Assembly (NCBI GenBank): GCA_904063045.1
Contig: CAJFCJ010000010.1
Coordinates: forward strand, 186,001-250,000
Source of the DNA: Dimorphilus gyrociliatus
Taxonomy: Eukaryota; Animalia; Annelida
Length of the DNA: 64,000 nucleotides
Reading direction: 5' to 3'
A program made the translations under genes and the position numbers. Shown here piece by piece: positions 33,101 through 47,013 of this stretch; within the stretch, counting starts at the first letter, position 1; each line of letters begins with the position of its first letter. The notes beneath the pieces are model-generated. The model was given only the letters and a program-made list of their open reading frames with translations. It had not been told where the DNA came from and did no database searches.

Positions 33101-36100
33101 AATAGTAAGTAACAGCTGATACTCATTTAATCTTTGTATGTATGATAGTAGCAAGAAAGAAAAGTGAATAAAAAGTACAAGCATACAATTCCAACAAAAT
33201 AGAAAGATTGGGATAGGAAAGAGGAAAGGAGGATTTTGATGTCTAAAGTAACAGGATCTAGTCAGTTTCTATGGTAACTTGATATTAACATTCGCTAGTT
33301 ATTTTTTTAATATTTCAACATTGGTATATACAGCTATAAACAGTATATATTAGTATAGGAAGAAAGAACGTCAAAGAAAGAGAAATACAGTATTTAAATT
33401 GAAACAAAGCTATCGTTAAATTGTCTTTTGAACAATACACACATAATTGACCTATCTTTTCTTTTCTTTTTTACTAAAAATTTATCGATCAACTTGTATA
33501 TTCAATAAACAATATATAACATTTTGTTAGCATAAAATGAACCCTGAGAAATCTACTTCTTAAATAATCAAAAGAAGGGAAAGCGTTTGTTTTCTTTTTT
33601 GAATAAGTAAGTGTAAAAGCTATATATAGAAAAAAAGATTTATAATAGGATTAGCCAAAAATTTCTTTCTTCTTAATCTAATTCTATACACATATGTGCC
33701 TTTTGTGCAAATGACAACGATAAAACTAATAATAATACTAGTTACTGTAGTTAAGGTGTGTGTGAAATTATTTCTTATTCTTATTTTATTTAATGAATTT
33801 GGTTGAAAGAAATAATAAATATAATTCAAAGTCTTCGATGTTAATGAGAGAAATCATTCGTTGCTAATAGTCAACGTTGATGCTAAGATGTCTTATAAAG
33901 GGAAATTTTTAGTATACTGTATAATTAAAAAAAAAAGTAGCTCAGATAATATTAGAATAAAGAAAATTTATTAATATCTTTTTTTCTATTCGACCTATTT
34001 TAAACTACACAGCTAACTCTATATTAGCTAAAAGGGCTCTTAGTTTGTTTTTTTAAAAAAAAAAAGCTTCTTTTTTCTCTTACCTTTTTGTTTAACTGAA
34101 TTAAAAATAGTGAAATTTTTGTGGAAAATAAAAAAAAGCAAAGTTTTTAAATAGCATAGAAAAAAAGAGATAAAGATATTTATTTCAATTTATATTGTTA
34201 AATTATCAATACTAACCAGTTGGAGCAAATATTTCTGAGAATGGTCGATTAGCCAAAATCGATAATTGTACGTTGGATACAATAGGAATTAAACTCCATA
34301 ATCGAATAGTTGAATCTCGGCTACAAGAGGCCAATACGAAAGGCCTTTTTGAATGCGAAGTTATACCATAGACGTCAGCGCCGTGATCCAAAACTTCACC
34401 TATGCAGCTACCATCTCTTATGTCCCATATTCTTTTGAGAGAGATTAAAGGGGAAGATGATTAAAAGTGCATTTTATTTTCTTTCTCAAACTTACTTTAT
34501 TGAGGCATCCCAGCTACCAGATATTAAGATATGAGCCAATTCCGTATTCCACAAAAGACCGCGAACCGGTGCTCTATGACCTTTAAGAGTATTTATACAA
34601 CTTTCCTCCCCATAATCCCATACTCTCACGCTATGTAAAAAGTATATATACAGTATAATCAGTATATGATATCGAATTTATTAGAGTATATGATACTTAC
34701 GTGCAGTCATCGGAGCCTGAGGCTATAATTCCTTCTCTAAGAGGTGACCATCGCACGTGAAAGGCTTTTGCCGAGTGACCATAGAATGTTTTCAATGGTT
34801 GATCTCCTTGAGTCGTTAGATAGAATACTCTAATGATTGAATCTTCACAACCGGTAGCCAAAATATCTCTTGAAGTCGTTGACCACGAGACACCGAACAC
34901 TGGGGCAGGATGTTGATATATTTTCACAGGTGAACCATCAATATTCCTTATAACACATTGCCTATCAGCACCGGCTGATGCAATCATCTTGGAATCAATT
35001 TGATTCCAAGCAACGCAATATACAGCGGAGCTCCTATGTTCCTTAAAACGTTTTGACAGACGTTTCTTTATCGAATCCCATACAAGAACACCATTTTTTG
35101 CGGTACCTATTAATAATTTATTGTTGTTTAATAAATTTAATTTTCAACATTCTTTTATGATTTGTAATATACCTGCCACTATGTAACCCGACTCACCAGG
35201 GGCCCAATCAATGCTATATATTATACCTTCATTTCCTGTTGACGTTGTAACAGGCTCTAAGGAATGGATATCCCATATCTTAAGGGTTCCATCAAATGAA
35301 GCAGTTGCCAAGTGTTCTCCTGATGGGGCCATTTTGCAATCGAATATCGTTTCTACATGCCCTTGATCTCTTAACCAATTCCATTTTCTCCTGGCTACTT
35401 CGTACACACCGACTCCGCCGTCTAAAAAACAGCATACGACCTGAGCAGGAGGTAATGCAAAATTAGAGGCTAGTGAAGGAGCCTCCTCTTTCCTTCTCGT
35501 CAAATCGGGGAGGATGGCGAGAGAATGAAATGCAGTATTCTTTACTTTTAAACTATGAATAGGAGTATTTTTGGCTACACTCCAGACTCTTAAAACGCCT
35601 GAGTGGGCGTCTCCTGTAAGAAATAGACCAGGTCCAGAAGTGACCCATACCATACATTGGATAGATGCCGCAGCAGAGGGTAACTCAAATCGGGTGATCG
35701 GGGACAAAGAATTTGAATCGATCTGTTGAGATTAAAAATCGAAGGTTATAGCTTAATCTCGTTTAACCCTAACAGTCTCTATGAACTAAGTATAATTATT
35801 GAACTTGTGGCAAAATATAATATCGTCTATTTATGCTTCTACTTAAGATTTAGGCCGATATCTTCTCTCACTTTCTATAAATAAGATAAAATAAAACTGA
35901 CTATTTAAATCTACGTGAACTATTAAGAAAATATTAAACAGATAAAAAAGCAGTTGCTATATATCTATTGCACATATACAGTATAAAAAATATTTTACTA
36001 ACAATAAATAACGCATAATATATTTACCAAATGTATACCAGCTCCACTTCTATGAGCTACGAGAAGATAATCGGGACTGTGTGGATCCCATTCTAGACAG

Positions 36101-36708
36101 GCTATTCCGGTTTCTTCGTCAATACAGTTCTCAGGCGTCCAACAATGCTTTCTAGGTTTATTTACTTTATCTATTATAGACAAAGATCCATTTACATGGC
36201 CAATTGCTAATCGGCCTTCGTTTAGTTTGTTCCATCGCATATGAGTTATTTCACTTTGAAAGTTTTGGCTATAAGGTAATAATGCTAATTTCTTAGATTC
36301 TTCATTGAGGTTCCACAACAATATTGGCCCTTTCGATCCACCCAAAGAAAGTGTATCAGCCATATGAAAAGGCCATGCTATACATTGGGGAATGTATCGT
36401 AGATTTTCAGTTTTGTGTTCCACTTTTTGGGTCTCGGCGTTCCAAACAAATGCAGTATTATCAGCTCCGACGGTTGCTAAAAGATGTGGTTTAAGTGGAC
36501 TCCAAGAAAGAGCAGTAATAGTCTTTTTATGCTCAGCAACGATGCTCTCAAGAACATGACCATCTCCATGTTTATTTCTAGAATATACATATACGGCTAA
36601 TGTTGCACAGTATGCAAATCTTGAATTTGATGCTGAGCAAACATCCCTGTTCCACGGTTGCGAACCTGCGGCAATCAGTCCAATTTGGCGAGCTCCTATC
36701 GAAGTCAT
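30199..36708 (-). CDS. WDR17: WD repeat-containing protein 17
   Basis: N-terminus RQIGLIAAGSQPWNRDVCSAS..RFAYCATLAVYVY, GHVETIFDCK, HVRWSPLREGIIASGSDD, C-terminus GPAFILDDGNSAISLSDALMWAKVCEFSPLGSGLKINPF. All introns traced are GT-AG. Confidence 0.96.
33265..33278. promoter_or_regulatory. RFX X-box in the long WDR17 intron
   Basis: GTTTCTATGGTAAC matches the GTHNYYATRRNAAC consensus with no mismatch. Confidence 0.55.
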
Positions 36709-38317
36709 ATTAAATACTCAACCGGATTCTCTACGTGTTCCTTCATTTGCAGTCTGGCAAAGATTACAGTTGATTGTTATTTATAATTTGTGCTGCAGTT
36801 TTTTAGCATACTACATATCTAAATAAATATACATATTTATATTAATACACAAACACTTACATAATAAATATTCTAATATATATGATACTTCTGTCTTACT
36901 CTCCCTTTCGTACGCAGATATCTTATATATACACATATATATATATATATATATATATATGTAATCAATAGAACAGTACAGGTATACTTAGTTTCGAGTT
37001 TGTACGATGCTAAAGATAAATCGATAAATCGCCTCTTTTTTGAAAAGCATTACTTCAAGCCTATAAATAAAACGTAATCTGTATAATCACTTTTGAAGGT
37101 GAGTTCCATGCTAGGAAAAATGAGAAGCTTTGAATAGTTTATTTCATGTATGACGCAATAACTAAAATCAAAACAGAAAGAGTTTCAAAGGCTTCAAATG
37201 CTCAGAATCGATAAATATAGGTGAAAAGTATAATAGATACTTACTAGTATTTGCAAACTAATTACTTATTTACTGAAGCTACAATGCAGTTAAATCTTGT
37301 AAAGACCCTATAAAAAGTGTGAACGTTTGTTCAGTATGCAGTCGCCTATCAAAGTGTAGGCAGAAAAAAAGAGAAAGGGATTTATTCCCTGAGAAATAGG
37401 GAAAAACATGTTATAATTAATTGCTAAGAGTATTGTACTGTATCATCAACAGTTTACAAAGGATTCCATAATAAGGACAAGGGAATAAAAACAAAACCGC
37501 AGCGTTAAGAAGCGATACACGTCTAAAAAATTGGGATAGTATCAAAAATGCTTCTTTAGTTTTTCTTTAATAAAGTAACAATTGAAATTATTAATATTTG
37601 CAAATGCTTATCTTTCAATGAATACTGATAGGAGAAAAGGGAAGAAAATTTATTTATACTTATAATTTATTTCTATAAATTGTCTAACCTAAGGCAATAT
37701 TTTCTACATATGTAAAACAATATAAAAAAGAATATATATCTTTCAAGCTAGCTTTCATGTCTTAATATCTCTTCTTAAAAAGCATTTACAACAATGAAAG
37801 AAACTATTTCATTTGAAAAAACATGTTAAATGAAATTATTAATAGCATAAACTTGCTTTCAGTTTTTTAAAAGAAAAAATGTCCATAATATTTAATTAGT
37901 TATAAGTTATAATTAAATAATTTACGTATGTATGTTTGTAATGAAAATTTTCTAGTCCTCCAAAAAAAAACAAAACACATATAAAAGCTACTTTTTGTTA
38001 AAAATTTGAAAGAAATGACTAAATTATTAGTTATATGTCTCATTTATATATATTATTGTGTCGTGATTTTATATAAAAACTTATTAAAAAGAGTACATCC
38101 AATGAAAAACTACCACCGTGTCAATCTCATGGAATCAAGTAAATAGAACGTAAACATTTATATTAAAGGCTCTATGACAACAGATTTTATTAACAAGATA
38201 ATTTAACAGAATAAAATTGCTTACCATGCATCACTCTACAGTTGTCATTATCACTTTGTTACGATTATCTATAAATTGTTGAAAAACCGAATTTTGTTTT
38301 ATTAATTTTCAAATACG

Positions 38318-38331
38318 CCACTAGTTGGCGC
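38318..38331 (+). promoter_or_regulatory. CTCF-like motif upstream of ZCCHC10
   Basis: CCACTAGTTGGCGC has one mismatch to the CCASYAGRKGGCRS core and lies about 215 bp before the ZCCHC10 ATG. Confidence 0.5.
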
Positions 38332-38545
38332 ATTCCATAGCGACTTGTATATCTTCGTATAATTTTTTAAACTATAAATAGACTAATTATTTAATAAATA
38401 TTAATAATTAAAGTAAGAACATTGTCTTATATTTTTCTGTTAATTTAATGTGCCATTTACGAACATCAACTGTGGTATATTTTGTTGTCTCGCAAAGTTC
38501 GCTCTTTGTGGAGATCGGCGCCGTCAAATTAAAAGTGAAGTAAAG

Positions 38546-41500
38546 ATGTCTCTGACAAGAAAACCTGCTTTTAGAAAAGAAGAGTTTGTATTCTATATAA
38601 TACTTTTAGAAAAACCTTTTTTGTTAACCCAATTTGACAAATCGAACTAATTTTATGGCTTACATTTGTATTATCGCCCACAGAGAAGATGTTACTAACG
38701 TTCGCTGTCAAAAATGCTTGGAAAAAGGTCATTATACTTACGAATGTAAGGGTAAAAGGAAATACTTGTATAGACCATCAAGAACAAAACAAATGGAAAT
38801 TGATCGAAAAAAAAAGGAAAAAGAAGAATTATTGTAAGTATTAGACAAATTAACCGAAATTCGAAACTTTCCATTCTCTAAAATTTGCTTTTATACTATT
38901 ATCTAATTGAAGATCGCTAATTGTTTGTATAGCTCTCTTTTAAGATTTGTGTACGTATTTTAAGAGGGAGATAGTGAAAACATTCTTTAGAAAGCGCAGT
39001 CTTTTTGTTGTAAATACATACTTATGAAGAGGTCCTTCAATTAGATCTCTTCAATATTGAAAAATGTACGAAATTCACTTTGAATAAAGTCTTTAGTATG
39101 TATTCATCTCTTAATTTTTGCGCCATTTTCATACATATAGATATTACTGATTCGTTCGAAAATAACTTATGTATATTCATAGCTCAAATGTAAGCTATTA
39201 AGCTTTTTTTTTGTATAAAATAGTACCCCAGATGGCATTTTTTAGATCTATAGATGGCTCTGTATGTATACTGTATCGTAATTGGCGTCGAAAAAACCGA
39301 AGGGCTTTCGGTTAAATTAGACGCCTGAAGATTAGTCAGCATAGTTTTGTTGTAGTTAGGGAAATTTTTCGTTTGAAGAATTATTTTAATGGCTGACTCT
39401 GCACCATTGTCATGTACGGATATTTTAAGCGACTTGTACGAATATTTTGAAAGGTAATGTTACATAGAAGCATTTTTGCGGCAGTATATAGATGAAGTTC
39501 TTAGGGTAAACACTAATAGTGTTATTTTCGTATGCATGAAGAGGAAAGATTAGTTTAAGAGTTGCTTTCCCAATGAATGATATACTTTAAATATGTATTC
39601 TCTGCTAATTTAAAATTTCATTCATGTGCACTTTAATTTAAATTAAATTTAACATTAAACTTTATTCGTTGATTCATCCATAAATTAAAGTTGATTTATA
39701 ACCCGAAAGTGATTAACTGAAGCATCGGATAGCCAGATTACAATAATGTCTATTAGATTGACGTTTCTATCGCTTGACTATTTTATACCATGCATATCGC
39801 CTTAGATGTCATTATGACAGGAAAGTTCGAAATTACAATAGCTCTATTTCGCTAAATAATATACATACTAAAAGCAACGAAAAAGTATTCCGTACTTCAC
39901 TCCTTTACTGTGATTTAGAACGAAATTTCAATGACTTGTTTACATTTAATATCTCATTTGGTTTATTGCTTTCTAAAGATTAGCTTACATTCATAAAAGA
40001 AAGGTTGGTTAATCAATCTTCCTTTTAGTCTTATTCTGAACATTGCTTAGTCACTATTTTAACAAAATGTGCAAATTTTTAGTTAATTTTTTTAAGATTT
40101 AATAGGAAATGTTCATTTAATATCCTTTTCATTGGAAGCATAATTATTTCTTTCATGTTCTTACTATGAGACATAATTACTTACGGCTATATGAAACGTA
40201 TAAAGCATCACTTTATTGGAACTTGTTTGTGTATACGTGGAGTAATGAAATAATCAATAAACTTCACCATCAATTTTTCGATTCGCTTATCAATTACACT
40301 CCGACAGTAAAAATACTGCAAGAAAACTCGTTAAATATCGTGCCTAGCTCTCCTTTTAACGATTTTGTCCTTGCTAGATTTTTTCTTGACAAACTAGGCG
40401 TTGTATTTGTCCTGTAAATATTGACCGGTTCTTAATGGAAAGCTTTTTTCGGGTGTTGCTGTTGAATAGTTTAGGATGCTTTGGTTAAGTTTTTAAGACT
40501 ATTTAATTATTTAATTATTTTTATTTTTAGGGCTAAATTCAATGCAACCAAAGGCAAAAGAGTGACGAAGAAAAAAAGGTATGTATTTTTATGCAATTTT
40601 ATTAAAAGGTTAATATTAATAAGTTTCTTTCGTGCGCAAAGCCCAAATCGTATTTTGTTGTTAGAACTTTTGAAGGTTTTATATTCAATTAAATTTAAAT
40701 GATATAATATATTTTAATATTTTGAACGATTAGAAATAATCCTTTATGACATCGTTTAACGACCTTAAATCGTATCTTTCCCCTTACTAATTCTGTAATT
40801 GAATGTCAGCTTAGCGTTTAGTATTGATCGAAATCTATTTTAAGTTGAGCCAAATTTTCCTTTTTTTGTCACAAGTTTTTTTCCCTTTTTTGGCTCAAAT
40901 GGTTTTTTAAATATTTCATGTCTCTTAAAGGAAAGGGAATGACTTTTTTTTTAAACTATAGGTATTCTTGTTGCAAAAATCGAATGTATTGTATGTCAAT
41001 TAGAGATAGCTAATGAATCACTACTTTATTTATGAGCTCTTTAAATCCATGATATCATTCGGTTGTTGTTCCAAAAATACATTTTATTTTTTGAGGTAGA
41101 AAGTATATTTTCGAAATGATAATTGGACCATATGATGATATTTACTGAATCGCTTAGAGACAAAAGGAAAGTTGACATTTTCAATTCGAATCATAAATTA
41201 CGTTACTTTTACAAATGGTTTACCTCTTTTAGGTTTGAAAAGAGTAAAACAAAAAATTTAGGCCAAGTATTATTTATTTTGGAAAGGTCGATTCCTCAAT
41301 GTGACAGAGTAATATTTTGAATTATTGCTCCTTAAAGTGAAAGGAGAAATTGTATATCTTATAACAATGTCCATTAAGAAAAACATTACGTTATAGCATT
41401 ACCTATTTTAGATAATCGTAATATTACTGCAGTTCCTAGTTATAGAGTTCTTTGAAGAGTTAAAGAATTAGTATGGATTTACTAACATTTTCAATTAAAG

Positions 41501-42831
41501 AATAATACGCTGAAATAACAGCTTATTACGCTTGAAACGTTCGAAAAGCGAAACTGAATACTGTTTCACTATGCTATATGAAATACATGTATTAATAGAC
41601 AACAAAGTCTAATAAAGAATCCTTGTACTACTAGTCATGAAGACTGGTTTACGTATGAAAAAAGAATCTGACAGTATTAGGGTTGTCTATCATGATACGA
41701 CTTCTAAAGAGAAAGGAAATTGATAACAAACTCAATTATTTTACTCGTCACATGAGTTGGAGATACTTGAAACCAAAAAAGTCGTGTTAAAAATCTAAAA
41801 ACTCGTTGAATTAGTTTATCAAGTAAATTAATATTTATACCTAATGTAAGAGTTGTAATAATATTGATCTAACTTTTCTGACTATTTTCCTCTAATCAAG
41901 ATTACTATTCCGTAAATCGTATATGAAAAGGAAAGATTTTCTTGTAAAAGGAGTGAATATTGCGTTCTCAAAAAGGCTTACAGATATATTTTCTCTATCA
42001 TATTTTCCCCCTTAATTTTTTACACCATTCCGATAAACTATTGAAATATAGAAAGGGCAATTTGCATTTAAAAATGAGATATTTCAAACAAAAAGTCAAG
42101 CGAATACTAACCTAAAATACATTAACGTATATTACACTCTAAAATCATCAACTTATATTAAATATGCAAAACATTTGGGACATGAGAACGGAGTTGCTGT
42201 TTTTTTTTTTTAATTAATTTTATTTATTTCTCCTTTCTGTCATTTTGCATAGAAAATTTAAAATAAACTGACCAAAACAAGAATAGCTGCAACAGCAACA
42301 AAAAGCAATCCAATTTCTTTAATGAATCTATATAAAAAAGAATAAAACAAACAAACAAGGAAAAAGCGACTTTGATTAAAAAACGAAAAATGACCAATTG
42401 GCTATTTAATGTTTTTAGATATAATTCCAGTGTTATTTTACCAGATATTTTATTCTTTTCATATAATTATGCAAATTTTCATCTGTCCGTTTTTCAGTTC
42501 CTAAGCGCCTGGCTTTATTTTAAGTTTACTTTATTGTATTAGTGTTTAAAGGGTGTTTTGTAAACCGGGAAATAAATGAGAAATCGTTTTTTAATTCTAT
42601 TTTATCTCTAATTAAATAATGTTCAATGCTATTTAATTTTTTAGGAATTCTACTTCAACGTCATCTAGCTCATCGAGTTCAGAATCAAGCTCCTCAGAAG
42701 ACTCTTCAAGTGACACTTCAAGTAGTAGTGAATCTAGCAGCAGTAGCTCGTCGAGCTCATCATCGTCATCATCTTCTTCAGATTCGTCAGATTCTGAAGA
42801 GGAAGTTAAGAAAAAGAAGAGAAAAATGTAA
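38546..42831 (+). CDS. ZCCHC10: Zinc finger CCHC domain-containing protein 10
   Basis: Four exons: [13 protein letters not shown] / [34 protein letters not shown] / [15 protein letters not shown] (40532-40579) / poly-Ser-acidic tract ending [11 protein letters not shown] (42647-42831). This matches the ZCCHC10 zinc knuckle plus Ser-rich tail. Confidence 0.92.
39284..39397 (+). ncRNA. Candidate structured intronic RNA element (two hairpins)
   Basis: GGCGTC/GACGCC and AACCGAA/TTCGGTT stems, an AGATTA linker, then a GTCAGC/GCTGAC stem. No canonical ACA tail. Confidence 0.3.
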
Positions 42832-45800
42832 TCTATTGAACTGTTGTTAATGTGTTCACAACTTTATACTTTCCTAATCAAGATACAAACAAACCATGAA
42901 TATTTCACTTAAGAACGTGATTTTTGTCGAGAGACAAAAATGAGTTTAGATAAAAGTGAATTTACTTGAAAATTGTAGTCTATATAAATAAACGTTGGAT
43001 AATCCTTTAAAAAAAACTGAAGGAAATCTCTAATTAAAGAGTTAGCTAAGTACGAGAGGAGGAGAGAGAAAATCATTTTCTTGCTATAAAGTTATAACTA
43101 TGGTAAATTTACATAGGCTTAATCACAATTTATTCAGTGCACACAGAAAACATCTAAATATAAATTCGTCTGCTCCATCGACAACAAATCGACTAATATT
43201 TAGCTATGCGTACAATAACAAAAAGAAAACAATTTAATATTTTCTAGTAAATAACATAGAATTATATTGTATATTTACTAATAAATGTTAATTAATTATG
43301 AACAGATTATTTCTTAGCTAATTAAAAAAGAAATAATTATTATTGGACTAATTAAAATATAGATTTAACCTTATTACTTTGTTTAGTAAAAATAAACAAA
43401 TAAACTTGGACTATACTCTATTGATGTAATATTGTATTTAAGTACGCTGTATATATATATATGTAGATTGTATATACAAGCGATGTACTGTAGGATATCT
43501 GCGGATGTGAGGTAAAAACTACCTTTAGGTTTTTTGATGATGATGCAAATTTTTTCCGATATTCATTTGAAGCGGAAAACGTTTTTTAAGATAAAAGTAA
43601 TAGTTGTATATATGTATATATTGCGTATACTGTATACAGTTATATATTTTAGTATTTACTTATCAGGAGGAGCAAGTGCAAATTGTTATACTATTTAACG
43701 ATACGCAGAGAAAGAGCAAGACTATGGCCAGAATATCGGTTGTCTTCAATTATTCTGTCATGTATTAATTCTATAATAAGCGCAAGGGCTTTGTTTCATC
43801 TATATCTAGTTTTTCAATTACATTGTAATTTAGGCAGTGTGAGATTAGTTAGGACAGCTCCGTGTAATCAAGCCAATTTCTTTGCTGATTGTATATTTTA
43901 CATACTGTAGACTATTTACACAGAGGGAATAAACAATTATATATTATATTCATTGATCAGAGCATATTTACGACAAAGATTTTGTACCTTTTAATATTAT
44001 TCCTTTTCTAGAATATAGTAAGTCGATTTGCCATCTAGCATTTCGGTTTCTATAACATTTTCAATTATATTTTTCATGATTACAGTTGACAGGGACCAAA
44101 ACATAGTGGCATAGGCTTATAAACTTGAAAAAGTAATAAATAATATGACATAATGGCATATACTGGATATACAACGGAATATAGAATAAAAATATAATAT
44201 ATATGAAAGAAATGGGCAAAAAAAATATCTTATCATGCAGGGTGATTAAGAGTACACTTCACTCAATTCCTTATTGTTATGACAATAATGTAAAATATGA
44301 GATTATCCTCTCCTCCCTTCTCTACGTTATAATAGGATTAATTAAGAATTTTGAAAATAGTTCCCTTATCGTATATTTTTAGGCGAAAATTGACAGCCAG
44401 TGATAATATTAAGCTAAAGAATAAGCTATTATTAATGCCGGATTATTCAAAGGGATTCTACTTCTTTTCCTTCCACACCCTGTGAAAAGAAATCACCATT
44501 TTTAGACTATATTTTTACACGCCTTTTTACTTTAGTCATCATCTTTTCTTTTTCTAAAACGTTTTATAAGCCTCTCAGGAAGGAAGGAAATAGGATGATT
44601 CATTCAAATAGATAGGCTTGTTTTGTTTTAATATGACGGGTATCATCACGACTTTGAGGCTTTTTATTTTTCCATATTGTTTATCTTTTTTTTGTTACCT
44701 ATAATGATAAGTCTAACGAGCAAAAGATGCTAATGAAAATCAACAATATCGGAAAGAAACAAATTTATAATTTATTTTAAAATTATTTCCATCTTCAAGT
44801 TAATTTGCTTTTTTTTTCCTTCTGCTGTTTTATCATCAAACGAAAAGAAAAAAAAATAAGATAGCTTTAAAGCTTATAAATAGACGTTTAAAAAAATATA
44901 TCGAAGTATTTCACGTATTTACAGCTTAATTCTCTATTTCAACTGGAATAGTTTACCATGAAAAACACAAAAAAAATTAATCTTAAAGAGACGGAAGTAA
45001 GCATTGCGTGATAAAATTCATTTCACTCTCCTATTAATGAAAAAAACGAGTTAGAAAAAGAGGTATTTTCTTTTTTTTTAATAACAATTTCCCAACAAAA
45101 GGACAGAAATTAGGATAAAAAGAAGAGAAAAGAACTATCTTTTAATCTACAAAAGCTACAATCATTCAATCAACTGTATTTATCATTTAGGTGAATAGTA
45201 TAATGCGAGAAAAAAAGGATAGAAAGAAACGTATTATATCTTTATTCGCCCTATTTATTGTAATCCTTTATAGCAATTTTATAAATAAAGTGACTATTAT
45301 AAGAAAGAAATGATATAAATATTATCAAAATAGTTTTCTATTTCTAATTTTTATCTTTTCATTAAGCATTTACTTGCCCTCTTTTTTCCAATATACAGTA
45401 AGTACAAGAAAGAATGCTTCTAATCGAATTTGTTAAATGTAAATATTAACATAAATGATGACAATGTTGTAAAGGACAGCGTTAAATTGTTTAACATCAA
45501 TACACCTAATAGAAAATTCCTGTTACTAAAATTAACATCAACAGAGTTAACTATAATAGTTTTCTTTTTCATTATTATCGTAAATATTCATCTACCAATA
45601 GTGGACTATATGAAAGGTCAAAACACATCAATCTATCTATCTATCTATCTATATACTGTATATAAAAGGAATACACGGAGAGAAAAACTGCTATATCTTT
45701 GATAAAAAAACATTAGCAATTATGGATGCTATTTCTTTCATAATATCCCTTTTTACTCAATATTTCAAGGATTGTTGCATAAGATGAATTCTTACAGTTT

Positions 45801-47013
45801 TAAATCATTTAGGTTGAGATATTTTTTCGCTCTATCAGAGAAAAAGGTCTCTCTCTCTCTCTCCTTCTCTCCGTATTTTGTTTCTGGCCATTTGCCAAAC
45901 ATTGAATAGTCTTCTTTTTTATCCAAATTTTTAATAAAACTATTTATTGTTATTTACTTTTCTAATTACTTTGCTGTATTGCGGGATTCTTAATTATTTA
46001 TATAAGCAATAAATTATGTTATTTTTAAAGATTATTTTCCTCCTACTTTAATAAAAATAAACCTATAGATCAAAAGTACAACGATTAACAACTTTTTCTA
46101 TTCTTCTTTAAGTAAGGAGACCTGTCATTTTTTGCGAAAACAAATCACAAAAATCTTATCAATACACAGTATACTAGATGGCGTATTTTCCTGTTTATGT
46201 TTATCTCTTCTTTAAAAGTTAAATTACTTCTTTTGCTAAATTCTTCCATCCTTAGCGTTCCAAAGAAAAAGCAAAAGCCATTTTGTATTGTACATTGGCA
46301 TATAGGAAAGCAACAGTATTTACTAGAAGAAGTAAGAACGGCAGCCAAATAGAATAGATAATTAAAAATTTTAAGTTGTATCAGCATGGTTATAAAAGAT
46401 AAATATTTACTAACTTTTCAACTGCAAATATCCACCTAAAAAGTTTGTTTTACCAAAGACTAAAACAGAAAGAAACGAAAGAAAATAGTATAATGATATA
46501 TTTGCTAATGAATTAAAAGAGTTTGATATTGAATAACTAGATACTTTATTTTTATATTTACTTTTTTATAAGCAAAAATTGTGTTTATTATCAAAATTAC
46601 TTCCCTAATTACATTGACAATAATTCTAATATTAAATGCAGATCGATTGATGTAAATTGTTAATAAACAAAGACAGATGAGCAACTTAGATGATATACAG
46701 TATTATTTATGTTAAATATTGTATACAGAGAGAGAGAGTCGAAACGTGTGTAACTATGACTCATCATCCTTTTTTGGAGGCTATTTTTAAATATATCCTG
46801 TTAAATAATACCTATGCCTTTTTTTTGCTTATTCAAGTTCCTGCTCAAAAACCTATAAATATGGTGAAAAATCGTTATTTCTTCATCAAATCAAATACAA
46901 GTCAGTTTCTTATTAAGAAAGTTGCAAAAACTGCTTTTCGTAAGTAAGATATTATAAGCATGTTATATTCTTTCATTCAATCTTTCACTTTTATTCATTT
47001 TAGAGAATTCACT

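Noticed and set aside
41132-41148. Box C (ATGATGA) and box D (CTGA) in ZCCHC10 intron 3
   Set aside because: The boxes are only about 6 nt apart, with no room for a C/D snoRNA and no distal D box with a terminal stem.
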